This document shows, one piece after another, positions 22,808 to 34,060 of a DNA stretch of 41,740 bases (positions within the stretch are counted from its first letter, which is position 1; each line of letters starts with the position of its first letter). A program made the translations under genes and the position numbers. Below the pieces are notes generated by a model. It saw only the letters and a program-made list of their open reading frames with translations. It made no database searches and was not told the DNA's origin. This DNA is from Octopus bimaculoides (lineage: Eukaryota), in the NCBI RefSeq assembly GCF_001194135.2, contig NC_068989.1, forward strand, positions 90,929,027 to 90,970,766, in the 5' to 3' direction.

Positions 22808-23277
22808 GTATATATATATATGAGATTTACTTAATACCTAACTGGACTCACACCTCTTTCTATCTCATAAGGGTAAATATGAATCTCCAAAATCCTACCC
22901 TGCTATTTCCTTAATCAAGTCCCTTGTAAATATTTTGTTTATACTTCTTGCACTGAAGAGTACATTGATATATAATTAAGTTAAATTAAATTATTTCTAT
23001 TCAACCATGTATTTGCATGATTTTAATATCGTTGTTCAATACGATCGTCTGCATGAATTTATATTCTGTTACATTTTAATATCTTCTCTTCTCCATTTTT
23101 AAGAAATTTGTTGAGTTTTATGGGATTCCTTTCCATAAATTCACATAACACACCATATACAAGAATTATTTTCATATTCGCAAACTTACGCAAGTAAGCT
23201 ACCATCAAAATATGAAGAATCTATATTAGAAATCTGTTTTGGAATCCTCCAAATAATAGGACGAAATATAATTCAAC

Positions 23278-23331
<54 letters not shown>

Positions 23332-23908
23332 NNNNNNNNNNNNNNNNNNNNNNNNNNNNNNNNNNNNNNNNNNNNNNNNNNNNNNNNNNNNNNNNNNNNN
23401 NNNNNNNNNNNNNNNNNNNNNNNNNNNNNNNNNNNNNNNNNNNNNNNNNNNNNNNNNNNNNNNNNNNNNNNNNNNNNNNNNNNNNNNNNNNNNNNNNNNN
23501 NNNNNNNNNNNNNNNNNNNNNNNNNNNNNNNNNNNNNNNNNNNNNNNNNNNNNNNNNNNNNNNNNNNNNNNNNNNNNNNNNNNNNNNNNNNNNNNNNNNN
23601 NNNNNNNNNNNNNNNNNNNNNNNNNNNNNNNNNNNNNNNNNNNNNNNNNNNNNNNNNNNNNNNNNNNNNNNNNNNNNNNNNNNNNNNNNNNNNNNNNNNN
23701 NNNNNNNNNNNNNNNNNNNNNNNNNNNNNNNNNNNNNNNNNNNNNNNNNNNNNNNNNNNNNNNNNNNNNNNNNNNNNNNNNNNNNNNNNNNNNNNNNNNN
23801 NNNNNNNNNNNNNNNNNNNNNNNNNNNNNNNNNNNNNNNNNNNNNNNNNNNNNNNNNNNNNNNNNNNNNNNNNNNATAATCACACACACACACACACGCG
23901 CACACACA

Positions 23909-24123
23909 CAAAGGTATGGTGAAAAGTTCCTGGTTTTAAAGTTGTCGTAAAAGGCCTGCTTGGAGGCCCAACCTTCTGAGTTCTTTTACAAGGCTTAGAG
24001 AAACTGAAGTACCACCGCAATAAGTGTTTGAATCTGAAAGGGGAATGTACTGAATAAAATCATAACCGATTCTCCTGTATTTTCTTTTAACCAAAGCCAA
24101 GAACGTTTCAGTACCCCCACCCG
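23909..24123 (+). mobile_element. mariner-derived MITE retaining the transposase C-terminal codons
   Basis: TIR-like ends GGTGAAAAGTTCCTGGTTTT and AAAGCCAAGAACGTTTCAGTACCCCCACCCG|TA. Internal QGLEKLKYHRNKCLNLKGECTE* resembles the mariner C-terminus. Confidence 0.75.
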
Positions 24124-24150
<27 letters not shown>

Positions 24151-24160
<10 letters not shown>

Positions 24161-24728
24161 ATTTCGCGATGGTCATTTTTTTTTGCCAAATAAATACATG
24201 CACTATATATTTGTTCCTTTTTTAAAATTCTAATTCATGTCCATTGTCCGGAAATCTTTCGTCACACATCTGTGACTTCTTCAATGACACATTTCGTTTT
24301 CGTGTGTGCTCTTGCTCCACTTACTCCATTTTCATTGGCGGTAGTTAGAGTATGGATTGTTCTTCTGAATCGATTGTTATATCCTCATAAATGTTCACGT
24401 TATTGTCCCTGCGCAATTTGACCGTTAGTGGGGCGTCTGCTACATATATCCCACCAATCTTATCCGGGTGCCTCCGTTTTTCTTCCTGATTGAGTTTAAT
24501 TTGTTGTTTATACCACATCCATGAGAATTTGAATGGAGTAAGCGGAGCAAGAGCAGACATGAAAACGAAAAGTGTCACCGAAGTTGTGACGGATGTGTGA
24601 CGAAAGACTTCCGGACAATGAACATAAGTTAAAATAAAAAAAAAGAACAGTAATAAACGAGTGAAGAACAAATATATAGTGCATGTGTTTCTTTGGCAAA
24701 ATATGACCAGCCCGAAATAAAACAATAT
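24151..24728. mobile_element. Fold-back element with about 180-200-bp imperfect TIRs (superfamily unassigned)
   Basis: The left arm (24151 to about 24332) aligns to the reverse complement of the right arm (about 24528-24728), e.g. TGTCCGGAAATCTTTCGTCACACATC vs GATGTGTGACGAAAGACTTCCGGACA. Confidence 0.85.
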
Positions 24729-24785
24729 CTGTTTTAACACACGATTTCACATCAGGAATCTTGCAACACAAATTGATTAACGTAT

Positions 24786-24878
<93 letters not shown>

Positions 24879-24901
24879 TGTGTGTGTATGTGTGTGTGTG
24901 C

Positions 24902-24942
<41 letters not shown>

Positions 24943-24956
24943 TGTGTGTAAATTAA

Positions 24957-25217
24957 GAAATGGAGTTAAACGCAGGTGTTATTCAAAACTTTATACTTCC
25001 GATATATGTTTCGAAGAAAATATTGGTAATATTCCAGAGGGAATAAAACGATGTAAAACAATGTAATCATCTCGTCAGGGGAAAAGAAGAAACAAAACAC
25101 ACCAATAAGCCATTTTAACAGAATGTGATTACCGCTCAGGAATAATACCAATGTTTTCTTCGAAACATATATCAGAAGTATAAAGATTCGAAGAACTCCT
25201 GCGTTTAACTCCCTTTC
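24957..25217. mobile_element. Fold-back/MITE with about 90-bp inverted arms
   Basis: GAAATGGAGTTAAACGCAGG..TATACTTCCGATATATGTTTCGAAGAAAA (24957-25045) is the inverse of 25128-25217. Confidence 0.8.
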
Positions 25218-25686
25218 TTTCTTTTTCTGCCATACAAAAACATTTCACTTAACCCTGGAACTTCTACCTTTATAAGTAGGCTGTAGCATCCTTGGCACTT
25301 ATGTGAAATTTTGCTACCCTGGTAACTCTTTATTTTTTCCTTGTTATTTGTACTCATTGAAAAATACACATACATTTATATGTATATNNNNNNNNNNNNN
25401 NNNNNNNNNNNNNNNNNNNNNNNNNNNNNNNNNNNNNNNNNNNNNNNNNNNNNNNNNNNNNNNNNNNNNNNNNNNNNNNNNNNNNNNNNNNNNNNNNNNN
25501 NNNNNNNNNNNNNNNNNNNNNNNNNNNNNNNNNNNNNNNNNNNNNNNNNNNNNNNNNNNNNNNNNNNNNNNNNNNNNNNNNNNNNNNNNNNNNNNNNNNN
25601 NNNNNNNNNNNNNNNNNNNNNNNNNNNNNNNNNNNNNNNNNNNNNNNNNNNNNNNNNNNNNNNNNNNNNNNNNNNNNNNATATATA

Positions 25687-26057
25687 CTCTTTTACTCTTT
25701 TACTTGTTTCAGTCATTTGACTGTGGCCATACTGGAGCACCTCCTTTAGTCGAGCAAATCGACCCCAGGACTTATTCTTTGTAAGCCTAGTACTTATTCT
25801 ATTGGTCTCTTTTGCCGAACCGCTAGGTTACGGGGACGTACATACACCACCATCGGTTGTCAAGCAATGTTAGAGAGATACAGACACACAAACATATACA
25901 GACACAAACATATATATACATATATACGACGGGCTTCTTTCAGTTTCCGTCTACCAAATCCACTCACAAGGCTTTGGTCGGCCCGAGGCTATAGTAGAAG
26001 ACCTAGAATCATGTGGTTGGTAAGCAAGCTACTTACTACACAGCCACTCCTGCGCCT
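25687..26057 (-). mobile_element. SINE family A, both ends present, with a deletion in the tRNA head
   Basis: Complete tail, 3' part, linker and central domain. About 35 nt covering the B-box region is missing between GAAGAC and CTAGAATC. Confidence 0.92.
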
Positions 26058-26101
26058 GTATGTATATATATATATATATATACGTGTACATATATATGTA
26101 T

Positions 26102-26137
<36 letters not shown>

Positions 26138-26650
26138 GAATCTGTTATATAAAATTTTTACCCGTGCTTGGTTTGGTGGCCAGTTTTATCGATGAAGACC
26201 AATGTGAATAAAGCGCAAATTGAACTTCGAAATTAATTAAATCCTGCAATTGTCCTCTGTTCTGCCAATTCATCCAAGAGATAAACCAAGAAGCTCCAAG
26301 ACAGAAACCTATAATGATGTATGACACAGCACCACACCGACACCGTCAACGTCCCACGACCGGCTGATTTTAACGATGATCTACTTAAGATTCGAAAAAC
26401 GCTCATAAATTAAGAGTTTTAAAAACATTCATATTTTTAAAATATGGTTCAAACTGATCTCTTGGGATTGCTCTAAGATATATGTTATTCCATTAACATC
26501 AAAGTGCGCGCGCACGCACATGTGTATAGTCATGTACACAGACACCAAACACGTTTATATACTCACAAGCTTACACACACAAGCGCACGAACACACATAC
26601 ACACATACACATACATGTATATATATATCAGTATTTCTGTTCGTGCCCGA

Positions 26651-26692
<42 letters not shown>

Positions 26693-27852
26693 NNNNNNNN
26701 NNNNNNNNNNNNNNNNNNNNNNNNNNNNNNNNNNNNNNNNNNNNNNNNNNNNNNNNNNNNNNNNNNNNNNNNNNNNNNNNNNNNNNNNNNNNNNNNNNNN
26801 NNNNNNNNNNNNNNNNNNNNNNNNNNNNNNNNNNNNNNNNNNNNNNNNNNNNNNNNNNNNNNNNNNNNNNNNNNNNNNNNNNNNNNNNNNNNNNNNNNNN
26901 NNNNNNNNNNNNNNNNNNNNNATATGCACACAGACACATATATGTATATATATAAATATATAAATTTGTATATATATAGATATATAAATAAATATATATA
27001 CATATGTCTGTAAATAATATATATACATATATATATATACACTGTGCGTGTGACGTGCTTTCGTGTGTATACACACACACACATGTATGTATATACATCA
27101 TTCTACAAACGGCAGACGAAAAATCTATCATATATCACAATTTAATTTAAGAGAGGAAACGCATCGAATTTCCCAAACCATCCCCTCCCTTACGGCGAAT
27201 AAAAACAACAACAACATTGATAAGAAACTCAGCAACAACAATAACAAAAACAACAACAACATCAGGAGCAGCCTTAGCAACAACAGCAGCAGTAGCAGCA
27301 ACAACTATATAAACATCGACAATAAATTAATAACAGTAAATATTTAGTAAAAAATAGATAAAACAGCTACACTAACAACAACAACAACAACGACAATGAT
27401 GATGATGATGATGATGATGATAACAATAATAATAATGATAATAATAAATTCTGATGTTCTTAATGACATTTTTGTACGAAATAATAACAATCTGTTCTTT
27501 ATTTGTCAGAAGGGTGCTGAATGTAGAACACGACGACGACGAGAGTTAGAACATATACTTATTTATGTATAAAATATAACATCGAAGAAGAAAATAGGGG
27601 ATATGAAGAACAAAAAAATGTATTTACGTCTAAGTCTCACAACATGAACCAAACTAACCCAAAGACTGAGCGCAAGTTCCTTTCATCTGTCCATACTGAA
27701 TCCTAAAAGAAAACCATTTGGAAAACCATAGACTGGATAAAAATGCAACCCCCCCCCCCAAAAAAAAAAACCCCAGAAGAGAGGCGTTTTTACTTCCCCA
27801 GATTTAATACACAAACGGTAGAACCGAATAACTCTCCTTTATATAACCATAG

Positions 27853-28884
27853 TTCACATTTAAAGACAATAAATGCAATTTTGATAATAAGGCAAACATT
27901 AGATAAATTATACGAAGGAAAACATGACAGGAAAATATATCAATAAGCATTTATTACACAATATTGTTCGTAAAATTAAGGACATACCACAGTTGCCGCT
28001 TTGAAGTTAAACATATGCAGTCATAGAAGTCGTAGAGAGGCGAACTTTCTTGGTAATAGACATAATTATAAATTCCTGGAACTAGACATTGATATTAAAT
28101 ACTGTTGTATATCCAGTTCGGAAATGCTAGTTATTGATACTCTAATCGATGAAAGTCATCACCAAACAGATAATTCATATTATCCTACATAGTCATAAAC
28201 TATAATAACTCCGTATGGATTAAAAATAGTCAAATATCCCTTTCCACCAGCGTGGAATCTACAGATTCGACAGAAGCCTGTGGTCCAGACGACATATTGT
28301 TGTTATCTAACTTAAAATCTAAGTTACTACTTTGTTAAAGACAATACTGTGACTATAGATTTTAACTCTTTTTAAGTTCAGCCCACAGAGCATTTACAGA
28401 TTAAGTGAAAACCTACACATCTTTGATTCTTTGAGCATTAAGAAATTTCCGTTACTATAAAGGCTAAACGTTCTATTAACATTCTAGAAGTTGTTCTGAA
28501 TTCAACAAACGTGTTGTGCTCCCCGTAACACAAACCTTTGATAACGTCCACAAACTACATTCTAATCACCTTCAGCAACCTAGTTAAGAACAATTCCCCT
28601 AAGACTGGAAACCTTTCAGTTAATGAAGAGATTTTTACAGATTCTTGTGCGCCATATCAGAATGCAATTCTGTTCAGAGAAAACCTGTATATTGGTTTCA
28701 AATTTTGATACGTAACCATCAATTGCAGGTGAAGGGACGAATCGATTANNNNNNNNNNNNNNNNNNNNNNNNNNNNNNNNNNNNNNNNNNNNNNNNNNNN
28801 NNNNNNNNNNNNNNNNNNNNNNNNNNNNNNNNNNNNNNNNNNNNNNNNNNNNNNNNNNNNNNNNNNNNNNNNNNNNNNNNNNNN

Positions 28885-28934
<50 letters not shown>

Positions 28935-29565
28935 TAGCTGGTTCAATCCCCCGTTTAACCTAACAGTCACCACTTCTATTGCTAAAATCTTTTCCAAACA
29001 ACTTAAGGCGTATTTCACATAAATACTGCGAAGTCTTTAATCGAAACAGTTTTTAAATCTCTTGTATTTACCCAACTTTGTCCGAACATTTCTTTGTGAA
29101 ACCTTTCTAAACTGAATCTGTCCCACGCTTGCACACCTTCCAACAATTTTAGTTGTTTCAAACTGAGCACCTTTCTAATTAATTTCCCCTTTCTAATTAA
29201 TTTCCCCTTTCTAATAAATTTCACCTGCCCAACGAAGAATATTGTTTGCCAATGAAAAGTTTAAACTAACTAATCTCCTTTCACCTTAGATATAGATTGG
29301 TTTTTAAGTTACGCATTAATCAGCTCACATTTTCAAAACACACTCAGAAAAAGTGGCACCGCATAACCAATCCGAATCAGTGATTTGAAGACAAGGAGTA
29401 TAGAACAACGACTGATTTGTAATAGTGTCTCCAATGTGGACCCTTATTCTGGAAATTACGAGTCTTGTGACTTCTACACGATTCAAAATAGAGAGATGCA
29501 TCTCATTGAGACCCCTTCATTCAAAAAGGGGTTAATTCGGAAGTGTATTCATAAGAAAAATCTTT
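27853..29565 (+). mobile_element. Highly decayed Penelope-like element ORF (RT + GIY-YIG endonuclease), interrupted by a gap and (CA)n
   Basis: Frameshifted, co-linear Penelope motifs: TFKDNKCNFDNKANIR*I; KHLLHNIVRKIKD; YKFLELDI; HSNH..LSVNEEIFTDSCAPYQNAI; ISWFNPPFNLTVTTSIAKIF..HKYCEVFNRNS; KNIVCQ; PYSGNYESCDF..KKGLIRKCIHKKNL. Confidence 0.75.
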
Positions 29566-30114
29566 CAGATACTACAAACCTTAACATACTCCCGTGGATA
29601 ATCTTACAGATTTAGAATTTTATACTACTTTGTGCTACCGATATAGCATCTTTATGGTTATATGCGTTTGTTCATGTTTGCAGATACGTATGTATGTTTG
29701 TATGTTTGTATGCATGTCTCTCAATTTGCTTATAAGCAAGTATGTTAACTTGCTTTGTATCGGTGTATTTATACACTAAAGCGAGTACCCCCATCAAAGT
29801 AGCAGATGAATGTTACTACTAGTTTAACCTCAGGCGGATTCTCCGCCAGCTGGTTTTCGGTGCAAGCTCTGCACCCTTTATGTACAATGAATCGCTAGCA
29901 GGGGAGCGAACCCCTACCACACTCCAACAGCTGACAAAATCGCGGGACCGGCCGGTTTCGAGCTATTTGGCTCACGTCATATATTTGTGAATTAAGACTG
30001 TCATTAGTTTCATGTTAAGACAAGTAGGAAAATATCCTAGTGTCTTAACAATTTTCAAGTCGATCATGGTGTTCGCCTCCCTTTTGGAAAAACACATTTT
30101 GGAAAACACCCGTT

Positions 30115-30228
30115 TGCAGAGTGGACTGGAGGAAGGGGAAACGCAGTGTTTTGCTCTAGAATGCAATGCGCGACCAGTCTGGGCATCTTGCGACCGTAAG
30201 TGCAACAGTAATCATTTGGCTACACACC
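30115..30228 (-). mobile_element. SINE family C (diverged)
   Basis: GAGTGGACTGGAG...AGTGTTTTGCTC.AGAA..CAA motif shared with 41091-41241, ending in a reverse tRNA-like head. Confidence 0.55.
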
Positions 30229-30910
30229 TTTTGCATAGAGAGAGAAAGAGAGAAAGAGAGAGGGGAATATAAAATTTAAAAGCGTAGACACGTACATATT
30301 ATAAGAATGCTAGAATTTAAATACAGAAGAATAGAAGAATATTCGATTATCAAAATAAATTATAGAAGAAAATTAAAAGGTTGAAAATACGATGTTAGAG
30401 AACTATCGTTATTGCTCCTTCTCCCAGACTTGCGCTGTCAAGCGCTTGAGAAATACCTCTTCTTTAAACACCTCTCTCTCTCTCGCTCTCTCTCTCCCCC
30501 CCTCTCTCTCTCTCCCTCTCTCTCTCTCTCTCGCTCTCTCCCTCTCTCTCTCTCGCTCGCTCTCTCTCTCTCTCTAATACATACTTTATTTATTTGATAT
30601 TTGCTATCACCCCTCCACCTTTCAACAGTTCTCCACGTCTTGTCTTGTGAGATTCTGTTATTTTTGAAAGAAATCCAAAGAACTGTCTAACAGACAAAGA
30701 AATCTTTCCAAACTAATTCTGTCTTTCGGTTCCACCTAAACCATAGCCGTTGCTGTCGATACAGGCTTTGTTTTACCATTCTATACAAGACAGGAACTAT
30801 AAAAAAAGCATTTTAAGAGATGCAATAACTTGCAGACATTATATTTGAATACGGTTATCGTTCTGGGAATTTCTACAAAGCGTCTTTTATTGTCTTCTTT
30901 TAAAGAAGAG

Positions 30911-31065
30911 GCACAGACGCGGTTATGCGGTGAAGAAGCTGGCTTCGCGATCACGTGGTTTCAAGTGGAGCCCTACGGTGCGTCCCCTTGGACAAGTAGC
31001 TTCTACTATAGCCCCCGGGCCGTCCGTTTGAGTGAATTTGTGAGACGGAAACTCGAATGGAAGTC

Positions 31066-31066
<1 letters not shown>
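30911..31066 (+). mobile_element. Diverged SINE family A-like head running into a compound microsatellite
   Basis: CCTTGGACAAGTAGCTTCTACTATAGCCCCCGGG..GTGAATTTG..AGACGGAAACT. Confidence 0.65.
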
Positions 31067-31123
<57 letters not shown>

Positions 31124-31134
31124 TTGTCTGTCTA

Positions 31135-31171
<37 letters not shown>

Positions 31172-31182
31172 TTGTCTGTCTA

Positions 31183-31223
<41 letters not shown>

Positions 31224-31234
31224 TTGTCTGTCTA

Positions 31235-31314
<80 letters not shown>

Positions 31315-31425
31315 GCTATCTATCTGTCTTTCGAACTATGTCCTCCGTCCGTCTGTCTCCCCATTCTCTCTCTCTTTCTCACTCTCTTTCTTTCTCACTC
31401 TCTCTCTTTCTCACTCTCTCTCTCA
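31066..31425 (+). repeat. Compound microsatellite (TATC)n/(TGTC)n-linker-(CT)n
   Basis: Directly visible; shares its linker with 14575-14610. Confidence 0.95.
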
Positions 31426-31924
31426 GACATAATAATTATCAGAGGAAGACGAACTTTCGGATACATACGACCGCGGGTGAAAATAACGACAGTCACTAAA
31501 CGTACCAGAGGCAGATATAGTAGAAGCAGCACTGCATCTTGTGTTTATCATACTACCACCCCTCCTCCCCACATATGTATATAATATAATTAACATAAAT
31601 ATAAACTCGTAGCACCGACTACTTGTAGAGATACAGTGCACTCCAAGTGACTAGAATATCTTGTCTTGATGATCTAAGGTTATACTTCCTTCGTTCACGA
31701 ACGTCTATCTCCGATCTAAACGCATGCACTCACACACAATCTAACACACGCACATGCGCACTCACGCACATAGATGTGCGTCCATACACACACCGCCACA
31801 CAGCTAAAAATTAGTCAGTTTCTCTCAGAAAGAGCTTAATAAATAATTAAAAATTAATTAGAAATATTACACAGCAAGAATCTATGAAGGAAATGAAACG
31901 GACTGGACGTATCAGGAATGTATG

Positions 31925-31929
31925 TATGC

Positions 31930-31969
<40 letters not shown>

Positions 31970-32177
31970 ATGCTTTGTACAAATCATACACATACACACA
32001 CACACACCTATATGCATGCAGGCATACAAACATAGAAATGTATACACACACACACACATATATATATATGTATATATATATATATAATTTCATATATGTT
32101 ATATGTATGTATGCACTTCTGCATGCACACATATACATATTACACACACTCATATATATATATATGCACCTATATAA

Positions 32178-32265
<88 letters not shown>

Positions 32266-32301
32266 GCATACATACACATACATGCATACATACATGTACA
32301 T

Positions 32302-32341
<40 letters not shown>

Positions 32342-32386
32342 TCACGCATAACACAAGTGCATACATAGATATATATTACATATATG

Positions 32387-32421
<35 letters not shown>

Positions 32422-33550
32422 TCACATGCACGCACACACACACATATATATATATACATATAAATATATATACATATATATACATATCTACAATACGTAT
32501 ATATATGTATATAATTATATATATATTTATGTATGCATGTATACACATATATATATATATATAATATATGTATTTAATATATACGTATATAACATATAAT
32601 TATATAATATATACATATATAATTTATATATGTATATATGTATATATATATATATATATATATNNNNNNNNNNNNNNNNNNNNNNNNNNNNNNNNNNNNN
32701 NNNNNNNNNNNNNNNNNNNNNNNNNNNNNNNNNNNNNNNNNNNNNNNNNNNNNNNNNNNNNNNNNNNNNNNNNNNNNNNNNNNNNNNNNNNNNNNNNNNN
32801 NNNNNNNNNNNNNNNNNNNNNNNNNNNNNNNNNNNNNNNNNNNNNNNNNNNNNNNNNNNNNNNNNNNNNNNNNNNNNNNNNNNNNNNNNNNNNNNNNNNN
32901 NNNNNNNNNNNNNNNNNNNNNNNNNNNNNNNNNNNNNNNNNNNNNNNNNNNNNNNNNNNNNNNNNNNNNNNNNNNNNNNNNNNNNNTATATGTACGTCTG
33001 CTTGTGTGAATCCTGTGAAGTAATCTATGCGGTAGGCTGGAAGTGGACAGTCTTGAAATAGTTCCAAGTCTAAATGAGCCAAGAACATATAACAGATTCC
33101 CTGGATGTTATATTGTCTGGTTCTTGTTAATCCTTTGAAGGGAAATAGCGGCGGACGGCGAGGTGAATTGTTGACGTGTCACGTGTATTGATGATGGTCA
33201 CGTATGCTGAATGTACGCATGCGTATGACCTTAGATGCATGAAAGCATACACACACACACACACATACATGCATCCATACACACACTCACACGTAAATAC
33301 ATACATGTGTAGGTACGTACATACTCTCACCAATGTATATATGAAGCACATATACGTATATACGAATACAGGTGTGCACGCGCACCCGCACACACGCATT
33401 CACTTGCAGCCTCCCCCTCTCACAGACGTATGCATAAGTGTATTCGCCCGCGTGCGCGCTTGTGCATTTGTTATGTATATATGTATTTGTGTGCATGAAT
33501 GTGCATGTGTGTGTATATCCGTCTATCTATCTATCTGTCTGTCTGTCTGC

Positions 33551-33582
<32 letters not shown>

Positions 33583-33814
33583 ACATGCACACATATACAT
33601 ACATATATATATATTTATATATACATATGCATATATATATGTGTATATATATATATATACACACATACATATATATGCATACACATATATATGTATATAT
33701 ATATATATATATATATNNNNNNNNNNATATGTGCGTAGATAATATGCCAAATTTACCCTCATTTATAATATCCACATGGAAACACTCATACACAGAGAGG
33801 CATACTTACGCAAA

Positions 33815-33876
<62 letters not shown>

Positions 33877-33945
33877 ATCTATTTATATTTAGATATATTT
33901 GTATTCTATGTTTGCGAATGTATATACAGTCATGTATATATTTCC

Positions 33946-34029
<84 letters not shown>

Positions 34030-34060
34030 GCCTGCTTGACTGTCTGTCTGTCTGTCTGAA
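31925..34060. repeat. Large block of TG/CA/TA/TATC simple repeats with short unique inserts
   Basis: Directly visible; includes two gaps. Confidence 0.9.

Noticed and set aside
24957-25217. GAAAC-containing arms checked for a hammerhead core
   Set aside because: There is no CUGANGA box or palindromic helix III in the correct position.
29015-29224. Protein-like minus-strand ORF (LLEGVQAWDRFSLERF..)
   Set aside because: It is the antisense reading of the decayed Penelope-like element plus a 19-bp tandem repeat.
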